From the NCBI GenBank assembly GCA_044440125.1, contig JBITAJ010000029.1:288001-352000 (forward strand): a DNA stretch of 64,000 nt. Reading direction: 5' to 3'. This DNA is from Sedimentisphaeraceae bacterium JB056 (GTDB lineage Bacteria > Planctomycetota > Phycisphaerae > Sedimentisphaerales > Sedimentisphaeraceae). The notes beneath the pieces are model-generated. The model worked only from the letters and a program-made list of their open reading frames with translations, made no database searches and had not been told where the DNA came from. Position numbers and translations under genes: made by a program. Positions 20,530-29,593 of this stretch are shown here, in pieces. Position 1 is the stretch's first letter; each line of letters starts with the position of its first letter.

Positions 20530-22350
20530 ATGAAATTACGTAATATATTTATAATTCTGCTGTGTGTTCTTATGTCCGCGGCATTTCTGATCTCAGGTTC
20601 AATGCAGCTTGATGATATAAACGCGGCGAGAAAAGAGCTTAAGCTTGTCAGCAATGAACCGCTTGAAAATGCTCCTCCAGCCCTTGCGTTTGCAACGGTT
20701 GCAATGGGTGCTTTTCGCGGGCTTGTTGTTGATATACTCTGGATGCGTGCGGATAAGCTGAAAGAGGAGGGGCAGTTCTTTGATGCCAAGCAGCTTGCTG
20801 AATGGATTACGGTGCTCCAGCCGAGATTTGCAGCTGTATGGGATTTTCAGGCATGGAATATGGCTTATAATATATCTGTGGCCATGCCGAATACTCAGCC
20901 GGCAGAGCGATGGAAGTGGGTTCAGAATGGTTATGAACTGCTTCGTGACAAAGGTATTGTCCAGAATCCCAATTCTATAATTCTGTATCGTTCTCTTGCG
21001 TGGATATTCCAGCATAAGATTGGCGGGGTTACTGATGATAATCATAAGTATTACAAACTGCAGATAGCTCTTGCAGTTAATCCTCTTGTTGAGCCTTTGA
21101 CTAACGAACATTTCGATCAGCTTGCAGCGTCTCCCAAAACATTTGAAGAGATAATGCAGGATCCGAAGATTGCAGAATATGTCAATAAGCTGAAGGCTTC
21201 CGATAAAGAGAATTTCACTGATGAGACAGAGTTTGTTAAAACATATCTTACTTTGATCTTTTCCCAAGGGCAAGGTTTCAGCGAGGAAGCGAACCTTACT
21301 GTTGCCGATTATATCGAAACTGATGTATTCGAGAAGTTTCATACTTTTGCGCAAGCTTGGGAGCTTCGCAATACTTGGAAGTTTGATATAGACCGCATGA
21401 TACAACTTAATAAGAAGTATGGCCCGGTATCCATTGATGAAAATACAAAGCTGCCTCTCAACTGGGGACATCCTCAGACTCATGCTATATACTGGGCGGA
21501 GCTTGGTTTGGATATAGCTGGAAATAAGGGAGAGTATTCGATTGATGAAGTCAATACCGACCGTATCGTTTTTCATAGCCTTCAGGCCCTTTACAGGAAT
21601 GGTAAAGAGGTTATCTATGATGTGCCGATGAAGATGCCCGATACGCAGAAACAGCAGGGTAATCTTGATACTGATACAGAGCCTGAGGTAATAGTTGCCA
21701 AAACGCTCTATACACTTCCCGACCTGAGAATGTTTGATTCTTACAATGCTGCTCAGCTTGAGCGTATAAGAAAATATTCAAGATTTGCAGACAGCAATCT
21801 GCGTCCGCTGATGAATGGTCACAGGAATATGCTCAATAATGCTATCTTGTCGTTCTATATGGCAGGGCACGTTAAGAAAGCGGCAGAAGTCTACAAAGAA
21901 CTGAGAAACCTTTATCCTCGCAAAGAGAATAGTTATCCGTTGAAGGAATTCTGCCGCAGGCGTATGCAGGAAGAATTCCAGGGATTTGCGATAGATGATG
22001 CAAAAGAGATGATACTCATGATGCTTCGTGAATCCTATTTCCGTTATGCTGTTGGTGAGGATGGGGAAAGCAAGGGGCGTGAGGATATGGCACGTCAGGC
22101 CTATGATTACTATCTGAGGGATTACGGCGAAGATGAGATCGATCGTGTGAATCTTCCTGAGTTCGGACGTCTGCGTTATATGGCATTGATAGGATTCCTC
22201 AATGATGAGTATTTCCCACTTAATATGCGTCAGGCACTTTTGGGAAGAATACAGAACGAAAGGCCTGAGTTGTTTGACAGGCTTGATAAAGAACGGCAGA
22301 GATTACTAAAAGAGCAAGAAGCATTAGATAAGCAACAGGGACAGAATTAG
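20530..22350 (+). CDS. Membrane-anchored TPR-like protein (resembles PilG/XapA accessory proteins)
   Basis: N-terminal TM; GAFRGLVVDILWMRA, LQPRFAAVWDFQAWNMAYN helical motifs. Family by recall, not search. Confidence 0.6.
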   Translation: MKLRNIFIILLCVLMSAAFLISGSMQLDDINAARKELKLVSNEPLENAPPALAFATVAMGAFRGLVVDILWMRADKLKEEGQFFDAKQLAEWITVLQPRFAAVWDFQAWNMAYNISVAMPNTQPAERWKWVQNGYELLRDKGIVQNPNSIILYRSLAWIFQHKIGGVTDDNHKYYKLQIALAVNPLVEPLTNEHFDQLAASPKTFEEIMQDPKIAEYVNKLKASDKENFTDETEFVKTYLTLIFSQGQGFSEEANLTVADYIETDVFEKFHTFAQAWELRNTWKFDIDRMIQLNKKYGPVSIDENTKLPLNWGHPQTHAIYWAELGLDIAGNKGEYSIDEVNTDRIVFHSLQALYRNGKEVIYDVPMKMPDTQKQQGNLDTDTEPEVIVAKTLYTLPDLRMFDSYNAAQLERIRKYSRFADSNLRPLMNGHRNMLNNAILSFYMAGHVKKAAEVYKELRNLYPRKENSYPLKEFCRRRMQEEFQGFAIDDAKEMILMMLRESYFRYAVGEDGESKGREDMARQAYDYYLRDYGEDEIDRVNLPEFGRLRYMALIGFLNDEYFPLNMRQALLGRIQNERPELFDRLDKERQRLLKEQEALDKQQGQN

Positions 22351-22351
22351 A

Positions 22352-24664
22352 ATGTCAGACTTTTTTTCACTTGACAGCCTCACACCTTCACAGCGTGAGG
22401 CTGTTGAACATAAAGATGGGCCTATGCTTGTTATCGCAGGTCCGGGAAGTGGTAAGACTCGTGTAATAACGAGTCGTATAGTTAGACTTATTGAAAAGGG
22501 CGTGCGTCCTTATAATATATGTGCGATTACTTTTACCAATAAAGCGGCTGAGGAGATGCGTGAGCGTGTCAAGGGTATGGGCGTTCCGACGGGAACTCAG
22601 GTCAGCACTTTTCACTCATTGTGCGTGAGGATATTACGTCAGTATGCCGAAGCTGCTGACATCGATCCGAATTTCAGTATCTACTCAGATGCAGATCAGA
22701 AGAAATGTATCAAGGATGCGATTGCCGGCGTTGATGCTTCAAGCGATAATTTTCAGCCGGCGAAGGTCCTTAGTGTTATTTCAAATCTGAAGAATGACAT
22801 TATTGAGCCTGATGATTTCAGGAAGATGGCCAATGATTTTTATTCCAAGATGCTGGCAAAGATTTACAATCGATACCAGAATCAGATGAAGACTAACAAT
22901 GCGCTTGATTTTGATGATTTGCTTGTGAAGACTGCTTGTCTTCTTCGAGACCACCCGGATATCAGGAGTCAGCTTAGTGAGCGTTTCCAGTATCTGCTTG
23001 TTGATGAGTATCAGGATACGAACCATGCGCAGTATCAGATTGCGAAGGGGCTTGCCCTCGATCACGGCAATATATGTGTAACAGGTGATCCTGACCAATC
23101 GATTTATAAATGGCGTGGGGCTGATATCAAAAACATCCTTGCTTTTGAAAAAGACTGGCCTACAGCGAAGATTGTTAAGCTTGAAGAGAATTTCAGATCA
23201 AGCCCCAAAATTCTTGCACTTGCTGATAAGCTGATAGCCAAGAATAAAGAACGTAAAGATAAGCGGCTTGTTCCGACGTTAAAAGACAGCCGTGAGATAC
23301 AGTGTAATGTATATGAAGATGAGAGGGCAGAAGCACACGCTATAGCCGATGAGATAACTTCACTGATGGAAAGCGGTGTAGATCCCAATGAAATCGCGAT
23401 TCTCTATCGTACTAACTCAATGAGCCGTTCGATTGAGGAAGCTTTTGTGAAAAAGGGTGTGCCTTATATCATTGTTCGAGGTGTTGAGTTCTACAGCCGT
23501 AAAGAGATACGTGATATGATTGCCTATCTGAAACTCATATGCAATCCGCTCGATAATGTTGCTTTTGCCAGAGTTGTTAATACACCGGCAAGAGGTATAG
23601 GAGCCACCAGTGTTAAGCGTCTTGAAATGTATGCGGCTAAGAAGGGCATATGTATGCTTGAGGCAGCCAGAGAGGCTCAGAGCGTAGAGACACTGACATC
23701 ATCAGCTGTTACCAAGGTAAAAGACTTTGCGGCAATGATAGACCGTTTTGCCAAGTTTGCGAGTGACGGCGGTTCTGTCGCTAAACTTCTTGCTGAGGTT
23801 TATGACAAGTCGGGTATGCATACGGCTCTGCTTACAAGCAAGGAGAGTCAGGAAGATGCGATGAGCAATATTGAGGAGCTTATCAATAGTGCCGCTCAAT
23901 ATGAACAGGCGGCTGAAGAACCTTCTCTTTTTGATTATCTGCAGAGCATCTCTCTCTACAGCGACTCTGATGCTTATGATCCTGAAAGCGGAAAGGTGTC
24001 CTTGATGACTCTTCACGCGGCTAAAGGTCTTGAGTTTGAGAATGCATTTGTTATAGGTCTTGAGCAGGGAATACTGCCTCATGAAAGAAGTGCAGAGGAT
24101 GATAAGGAGCTTGAAGAAGAACGCCGGCTGTTTTTTGTGGGAATCACGAGAGCTAAGATGGGGCTTTATATCAGTCGAGTTCTGAACAGAACAATGCGTG
24201 GGCAAATGTTCCGTTCAATGCCGTCAAAATTTCTTTATGAAACAGAGCTTATCAGTGGATTTGAGTCGACTCCTGCACCGGAGTATGATAATGGATACAG
24301 CAGATTTGCCGCCGGTGGAGCAGGAGCCGGCAGAGTTTACGGCAGGAAAGAAAAGAGCGGCGGCAATAAGAGGAAGTCTTACGGCGGGGCAACTTCGACT
24401 CGCAGAAAGCAGTCTTCTTCATCCCCGGATTCCTCTGTAAAAAGAATCGGCAGGGCTTCAGCGTTGTCGGCTGCATCATCACTGCCCAAAGCTTCTGCCG
24501 GAGGTTTTGCAAAGGGTGACAAAGTCCGGCATCCAAACTTTGGTGAAGGGTTTATCAAGGAATATCTCAATCTTGGAGCAAACAGTGTGATTACTGTAGG
24601 CTTTGATGATGGACAAACTAAAACGCTGATACAAAAAAATGCGGGGCTTGAAAAGATAGAGTGA
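22352..24664 (+). CDS. pcrA: UvrD/PcrA ATP-dependent DNA helicase
   Basis: AGPGSGKT, TFTNKAA, VDEYQD, GDPDQSIYKWRGA, TLHAAKGLEF, EERRLFFVGITRA; C-terminal Tudor-like VRHPNFGEG. Confidence 0.93.
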   Translation: MSDFFSLDSLTPSQREAVEHKDGPMLVIAGPGSGKTRVITSRIVRLIEKGVRPYNICAITFTNKAAEEMRERVKGMGVPTGTQVSTFHSLCVRILRQYAEAADIDPNFSIYSDADQKKCIKDAIAGVDASSDNFQPAKVLSVISNLKNDIIEPDDFRKMANDFYSKMLAKIYNRYQNQMKTNNALDFDDLLVKTACLLRDHPDIRSQLSERFQYLLVDEYQDTNHAQYQIAKGLALDHGNICVTGDPDQSIYKWRGADIKNILAFEKDWPTAKIVKLEENFRSSPKILALADKLIAKNKERKDKRLVPTLKDSREIQCNVYEDERAEAHAIADEITSLMESGVDPNEIAILYRTNSMSRSIEEAFVKKGVPYIIVRGVEFYSRKEIRDMIAYLKLICNPLDNVAFARVVNTPARGIGATSVKRLEMYAAKKGICMLEAAREAQSVETLTSSAVTKVKDFAAMIDRFAKFASDGGSVAKLLAEVYDKSGMHTALLTSKESQEDAMSNIEELINSAAQYEQAAEEPSLFDYLQSISLYSDSDAYDPESGKVSLMTLHAAKGLEFENAFVIGLEQGILPHERSAEDDKELEEERRLFFVGITRAKMGLYISRVLNRTMRGQMFRSMPSKFLYETELISGFESTPAPEYDNGYSRFAAGGAGAGRVYGRKEKSGGNKRKSYGGATSTRRKQSSSSPDSSVKRIGRASALSAASSLPKASAGGFAKGDKVRHPNFGEGFIKEYLNLGANSVITVGFDDGQTKTLIQKNAGLEKIE

Positions 24665-25647
24665 AAAAGAAAGTAATAAAGAATTGCTTGCGAATAATAG
24701 TTGTAATCGCGGCCTTTGGGTTTCTCGCCGCCACACAGGATGTAAACGCTCTTGTTGATGGTGTCAAGAAAATCAGCATTGTGCCGCTTGCTGTCGGAGT
24801 GCTTCTTTTTATCTTTTCAAACGCTCTCGTAGGATTACGATGGAGCAGGCTGCTTGCCGCTCTGGATATACATTTCCCCATACTGGCATCTATAAAAGTT
24901 ACGTTTGTCGGACTCTTCTATAATAATATGCTTTTGAGCAATATCGGCGGTGATCTGCTCCGCGGCTGGTATGTTACCAAATACACAGATAAGCGGCTCG
25001 AAGCGGCATTCAGTGTTGTTGTCGACAGGGTATGCGGTTTCTTTGCGTGCCTTATTATGGCATTGGGCGGACTCGTGGCATCAAGAAAACTTTTTGCCGA
25101 TGCCGCTGCCTCTGAAACCGCCGCTTCAGGCAGTCCGGCCGAAGGAATGCCTTTGATTATGAAGCTTGTGATAGTTGTCGCTGTTCTTGCGGCAGCATCA
25201 ATAGTTGCGATTGTTATTTTATGGCGAATGAAGAAGCTTGACAGCCTGCTTGCTAATTTGCGGTCTCATATAAAAAGATTCTGGGTTGCTGTAGTTGTTT
25301 ATCTCAAGAGTCCGTTTGTGCTTTTGAATGCTATGGGCATAACGATAATAGCCCAATCAATAACGGTTGTCGGAATATATGTCGCATGCAGTTCGCTCAA
25401 CATTGATGCTCCGTTGAAAGTGTTCTTTATCTTCTTCCCACTAAGCTGGGTGATTGGTGCTTTACCGGTAAGCCCCGGCGGTCTTGGAGTGCTTGAACTT
25501 GGTATTGTCGCTATGTTTGCCACTTTGCCGCAGGTGACTAATGAACAGGCGTTAATGCTTGCCCTCTGCCAGCGAATCATATTTGTTGCAGGTTCACTTC
25601 CTGGATTTTTGATACATTTATCTGGCACACACTTGCCGAAAGAATAA
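24661..25647 (+). CDS. Lysylphosphatidylglycerol-synthase-TM (YbhN/flippase-like) membrane protein
   Basis: RWSRLL, GGDLLRG, SVVVDR, LPVSPGGLGVLE. Confidence 0.85.
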   Translation: MKKKVIKNCLRIIVVIAAFGFLAATQDVNALVDGVKKISIVPLAVGVLLFIFSNALVGLRWSRLLAALDIHFPILASIKVTFVGLFYNNMLLSNIGGDLLRGWYVTKYTDKRLEAAFSVVVDRVCGFFACLIMALGGLVASRKLFADAAASETAASGSPAEGMPLIMKLVIVVAVLAAASIVAIVILWRMKKLDSLLANLRSHIKRFWVAVVVYLKSPFVLLNAMGITIIAQSITVVGIYVACSSLNIDAPLKVFFIFFPLSWVIGALPVSPGGLGVLELGIVAMFATLPQVTNEQALMLALCQRIIFVAGSLPGFLIHLSGTHLPKE

Positions 25648-25683
25648 TTTTGATCTTACTGAATATATTATTTGCTTTTTTTC

Positions 25684-25711
25684 TTGACATATGTTAGGCA
25701 AGGCTTAATAT
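25684..25711 (+). promoter_or_regulatory. Sigma-70-type promoter of feoA with a palindromic operator in the spacer
   Basis: TTGACA-N16-TAATAT; TTAGGCAAGGCTTAA lies between the boxes. Confidence 0.55.
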
Positions 25712-25771
25712 ATAAGCTATAACTAAATCAAGATGTAAAGAAAAAAATATGTATAAAGGGCGAATTAAGAC

Positions 25772-25999
25772 ATGAGAACATTATTGGACATGCCGGTTGG
25801 CAGTAAATGCATGGTGAGTCTTATCAATAAAAAAGCTTCGGCTGCAAAGAGACTTGTTGAGATGGGGATAAGTAAAGGTGTTGCTATAGAAGTTATCAGA
25901 GTTGCTCCGCTTGGTGATCCGATAGAGGTGAAAGTTAAAGGCTATCTGCTTTCAATTCGTAAGGAAGAAGCGGCTAATATTGATGTTGTGAGGACGTGA
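25772..25999 (+). CDS. feoA: Ferrous iron transport protein A
   Basis: RLVEMGI..G..IEVIRVAPLGDPIEV..KGYLLSIRKEEA. Confidence 0.95.
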   Translation: MRTLLDMPVGSKCMVSLINKKASAAKRLVEMGISKGVAIEVIRVAPLGDPIEVKVKGYLLSIRKEEAANIDVVRT

Positions 26000-26016
26000 A
26001 ATTTTTTTAAATCATA

Positions 26017-26034
26017 TTTTAGGGTTAGCTAAAA
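26017..26034. promoter_or_regulatory. Palindromic operator-like site before feoB (DtxR/MntR-like)
   Basis: TTTTAG-GGTTAG-CTAAAA. Confidence 0.5.
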
Positions 26035-26052
26035 CTTTAAGGTTATACGAGA

Positions 26053-28116
26053 ATGAATAAGAAAGAGATTACGGTTGCCCTTGCCGGTAACCCAAACAGT
26101 GGAAAAACTACGATATTTAACTCAATTACCGGTGCAAGGCAGCACATTGGAAATTATCCGGGTGTGACGGTTGAAAAGAAGGAAGGGTTTTGCGAACACA
26201 AAGGTTATCGCATAAGATTCGTCGATTTGCCAGGTACATACAGCCTTACCGCGTATTCAGTTGAAGAGGTGGTTGCACGCAATTTTATTATTGATCAAAA
26301 TCCTGATGTAGTTGTCAATGTTGTTGATGCGTCTAACTTTGAAAGAAACCTTTATCTTACGACACAGATGTTGGAGATTAATGCTCCGCTTGTGATTGCA
26401 TTGAATATGTCGGATATGGCCAGGAGAAATGGTTATTCATTTGACTGTAAGAAAATCGGCGGTTGTTATAATGCAGAAGTTGTACCTACTGTAGGATCTA
26501 AGAGAGAGGGTGTAAGCGAACTTCTTGATGCTGTAGTTAGAGTTGCAGAGGCTGAAAACAGCTTTGAGACCAAGAAGGTGCATTATGGTGATGATATTGA
26601 AAATGAAATTGAAAATCTTATGCCGCTTGTTGATAACGGACATGAAAATCTTCAGCGATATGACAGTAAGTGGCTTTCTTTAAAACTCCTTGAACAGGAT
26701 AAGGATATACTTCAAAAGGTTCATGACCAAAAGCTTCTTGAAGCAGTTGATGAAGGTGTTAGGAGGATTGAGAAACTGTACAACGACAGCCCGGAAGTTC
26801 TTATCGCAGAAAAACGTTACGGTTATGTATCCGGTGTATATGAGCTTGCGGTGAAACATTCCCCTCAGCAAAGACATCAGATCAGTGATATAGTAGATAA
26901 GGTGCTTCTCAATCGTGTGCTTGGGCTTCCGATATTTCTTTTTGCGATGTTTGCGGTCTTTAAGCTTACTTTCTGGGTAGGTGATCCTTTCATGGGATTT
27001 ATTGAGAGCGGATTTGAGTGGCTTGCAGGTTTTATTACAGGACTCTGGCCCCAGGGCTCGGAGAATGCCCTTAAATCTTTGATTGTTGACGGCATAATTG
27101 GCGGAGTTGGCGGGGTTATCGTATTCTTACCGAATATTATTTTGCTTTTTCTGGCTATTGCGTTTCTGGAAGACACGGGATATATGGCCAGAGCCGCGTT
27201 CCTCATGGATAGGGTTATGAAACGGATCGGCCTTCACGGCAGAAGTTTCATCCCGATGATGATTGGCTTTGGCTGTACCATCCCTGCAATCATGGGTACA
27301 CGAATTCTTGATGACAGGAAAAGCAGGTTTACGACAATAATGGTGTTGCCGCTTATGAGCTGTGGTGCTAGGCTCCCGATATATGCTTTGATAATTCCTG
27401 CATTCTTTGCTCCTAAATGGCATGGTTTTGTCATGTGGCTGATATATATAATAGGCATTCTTCTTGCCGTTATTCTGGCGATGATTTTGAGAAAGACAAT
27501 CCTCAAAGGTGATAGCGGCGTATTCCTCATGGAGCTGCCGCCTTACAGAATACCGACTCTGAGAGGTATGTTAATTCATATGTGGGAGAGGAGTTGGCTG
27601 TATCTCAAGAAAGCCGGTACTATCATTCTTGCTATATCAATTATTCTGTGGGTTCTTACCAGTTATCCGAAACTTGATGAGCAGAAAGCTGCTGATCTTG
27701 AAGAAGTGCAGACGCAGAAGGCTCAGCTTGAAAATTCATTTGCAGGGCGAATTGGCAAGGCGATGGAGCCGGCTATAAAACCCATGGGTTTCGATTATCG
27801 CATAGGTACCGCCCTTATAGGAGCCTTGGCAGCCAAGGAAGTATTTGTAGCTCAGATGGGTATTGTCTTTTCTCTTGGCGAGGCAGATGAAGAGTCGCAG
27901 ACGTTGCGAGAAAAGCTCAAGGAAAACTACTCCCCGCTTCAAGGATTTTGTGTGATGCTGTTTTGCCTGATAAGTGCTCCTTGCGTGGCAACGCTTGCGG
28001 TGTGCAAACGTGAGACTGGTTCGTGGAGATGGGCATTGTTCCAATTCATAGGGTTGACCGTGATTGCGTATATAATAACTACAATTGTTTATCAGGTAGG
28101 TATGCTGATAGTATAA
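26053..28116 (+). CDS. feoB: Ferrous iron transport protein B
   Basis: GNPNSGKT, GNYPGVTVE, DLPGTYSL, GFGCTIPA, MELPPY, AKEVFV, PCVAT. Confidence 0.97.
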   Translation: MNKKEITVALAGNPNSGKTTIFNSITGARQHIGNYPGVTVEKKEGFCEHKGYRIRFVDLPGTYSLTAYSVEEVVARNFIIDQNPDVVVNVVDASNFERNLYLTTQMLEINAPLVIALNMSDMARRNGYSFDCKKIGGCYNAEVVPTVGSKREGVSELLDAVVRVAEAENSFETKKVHYGDDIENEIENLMPLVDNGHENLQRYDSKWLSLKLLEQDKDILQKVHDQKLLEAVDEGVRRIEKLYNDSPEVLIAEKRYGYVSGVYELAVKHSPQQRHQISDIVDKVLLNRVLGLPIFLFAMFAVFKLTFWVGDPFMGFIESGFEWLAGFITGLWPQGSENALKSLIVDGIIGGVGGVIVFLPNIILLFLAIAFLEDTGYMARAAFLMDRVMKRIGLHGRSFIPMMIGFGCTIPAIMGTRILDDRKSRFTTIMVLPLMSCGARLPIYALIIPAFFAPKWHGFVMWLIYIIGILLAVILAMILRKTILKGDSGVFLMELPPYRIPTLRGMLIHMWERSWLYLKKAGTIILAISIILWVLTSYPKLDEQKAADLEEVQTQKAQLENSFAGRIGKAMEPAIKPMGFDYRIGTALIGALAAKEVFVAQMGIVFSLGEADEESQTLREKLKENYSPLQGFCVMLFCLISAPCVATLAVCKRETGSWRWALFQFIGLTVIAYIITTIVYQVGMLIV

Positions 28117-28141
28117 ACTTGCAAGATTACCGGAGAAAAAA

Positions 28142-28492
28142 ATGAATAGCAAAATGTATGTTTTTAATCATCATATTTATGAATATCGCAAAGGACTGAG
28201 AAATCTCATATTGTTTACTACTACTGCTGATATGAGAGATCAGATGGTTTCAAAGCTTCAAAAATATGATATTAGCTATTTGATATATAAAGTTACTGAT
28301 AATAAAATTAACATCTTTTTTGGTAATGAATGCTGTGTTGAAGTTTTGAGGGGGATTGGTAAGAACAACCTTTCCCTCTTTACTCCTGAGGAAGATTTTA
28401 TTCTTGGTATAATGCTTGGTTATGACAGCTTGAAGCAGTGCCAGAGATACACTAATATGACATGTAATAAGCTTAAGAGGTATATAGCTTAA
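28142..28492 (+). CDS. DUF2023-family protein
   Basis: HHIYEYRKGLRNL...FFG...TPEEDFILGIMLGYD..KQC.RY. Confidence 0.8.
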   Translation: MNSKMYVFNHHIYEYRKGLRNLILFTTTADMRDQMVSKLQKYDISYLIYKVTDNKINIFFGNECCVEVLRGIGKNNLSLFTPEEDFILGIMLGYDSLKQCQRYTNMTCNKLKRYIA

Positions 28493-28497
28493 GAAAG

Positions 28498-28683
28498 TTG
28501 AAGAAAATGGATTGCAAAGTTGAAGGACAAAGTAAGCGTAGTCCGATTCCTGATCAAATGAAAGTCAATGTTTATGAGGCTGAAGAGCTTTTTGGCAATT
28601 CAAGCGAATTTGGAATAATGTTTAAGAATGAATTATATCGGATACGGATTACACGCAACGGTAAGTTGATAATGAATAAATAG
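28498..28683 (+). CDS. hemP: Hemin uptake protein HemP/HmuP
   Basis: EELFG...I......YRIRITRNGKLIMNK C-terminal signature; alternative start ATG 28507. Confidence 0.85.
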   Translation: MKKMDCKVEGQSKRSPIPDQMKVNVYEAEELFGNSSEFGIMFKNELYRIRITRNGKLIMNK

Positions 28684-28730
28684 AACTTCGGTTAGATAGT
28701 TAAAAAGACCCAGCAAGCTGATGCAAGCCA

Positions 28731-28779
28731 GGGAGTATGAACTGACAATTTTTGATTGACAGTTTATGCTCCCTTTTTT
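28731..28779 (+). terminator. Intrinsic terminator between hemP and the downstream genes
   Basis: GGGAGTATGAACTG...CAGTTTATGCTCCC followed by TTTTTT. Confidence 0.75.
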
Positions 28780-28867
28780 AATGAAAGGAATGGACGATGT
28801 AGAACGAAAAAATTGTTTTATGCTTGTAGTTAGAATTTTAACCAAATTATTAATGAAAGATTAAAGT

Positions 28868-29509
28868 ATGAATTTTTATAAAAAATCTATTGTTTGTTTG
28901 ATTGTTTTAGCTGCTTCTTTTGCTAATGCCGCATTTGATGCTTCATGTGTTGAAACTAAATATAATGCTATGGGAACAGGCTGGGGAAGTGGCAGTGATT
29001 ATGCTATGGTTGGTGAGTATTCAGGTTTCTCACCATCGTATGCCGTAATGAAATTTGATATCTCTGATTATACTGAAGCAGTATCAGAAACCGTGTATCT
29101 GAAAATTGAAAAATATTCCGGTACAGCCGGCGGTATGTTTGCAGCATCAACAGATTCAAATCCATTAACGGTTGGTGTCAGAAATGCGTTGAATGATATT
29201 TCAGGATGGTCTGAATATGATTCATCAAATGTCAGCAGTATTCTTACTGATACGTCAGTATTGGGCGATGATGGCTTCTATTATTTTGATGTTACAGATA
29301 TTGTTAATCAGTGGATTACATCCGGCAATAACACGGGGCTTGTTCTGGGTGTTGAAAGTTGCCCAAGCGGTAACAGTTTTTCATATATCTATGGCATAGG
29401 AAATGCTGACGGAGCTGCTCCGGTCCTGACTTCCGTACCGGAACCTGCTACCATTGGTGTTATGTCGTTGGGTGCTTTGATTACCGCTTTAAAAAGAAAA
29501 AGATCATAA
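28868..29509 (+). CDS. PEP-CTERM protein with DNRLRE/CBM96-like domain
   Basis: Signal peptide; MKFDIS, YFDVTDIVNQWI..NNTGLVL; VPEPAT+TM+KRKRS. Confidence 0.88.
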   Translation: MNFYKKSIVCLIVLAASFANAAFDASCVETKYNAMGTGWGSGSDYAMVGEYSGFSPSYAVMKFDISDYTEAVSETVYLKIEKYSGTAGGMFAASTDSNPLTVGVRNALNDISGWSEYDSSNVSSILTDTSVLGDDGFYYFDVTDIVNQWITSGNNTGLVLGVESCPSGNSFSYIYGIGNADGAAPVLTSVPEPATIGVMSLGALITALKRKRS

Positions 29510-29542
29510 ATAGAAAGAGTGTGAGTTGGCACATTTCACTCC

Positions 29543-29569
29543 GCCGGTCTCCTGTGGCGGGAGACCGGC
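29543..29569 (+). other. GC-rich stem-loop without U-tract (possible mRNA stabiliser)
   Basis: GCCGGTCTCC-N7-GGAGACCGGC. Confidence 0.5.
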
Positions 29570-29593
29570 ATAAATTGAAAGTTAGAGGATAAA

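Noticed and set aside
20599..21576. 325-aa minus-strand ORF and similar long antisense ORFs (3919..4689, 12259..12825, 46969..47508, 51568..52080)
   Set aside because: Overlap well-supported genes on the other strand and have no recognisable motifs.
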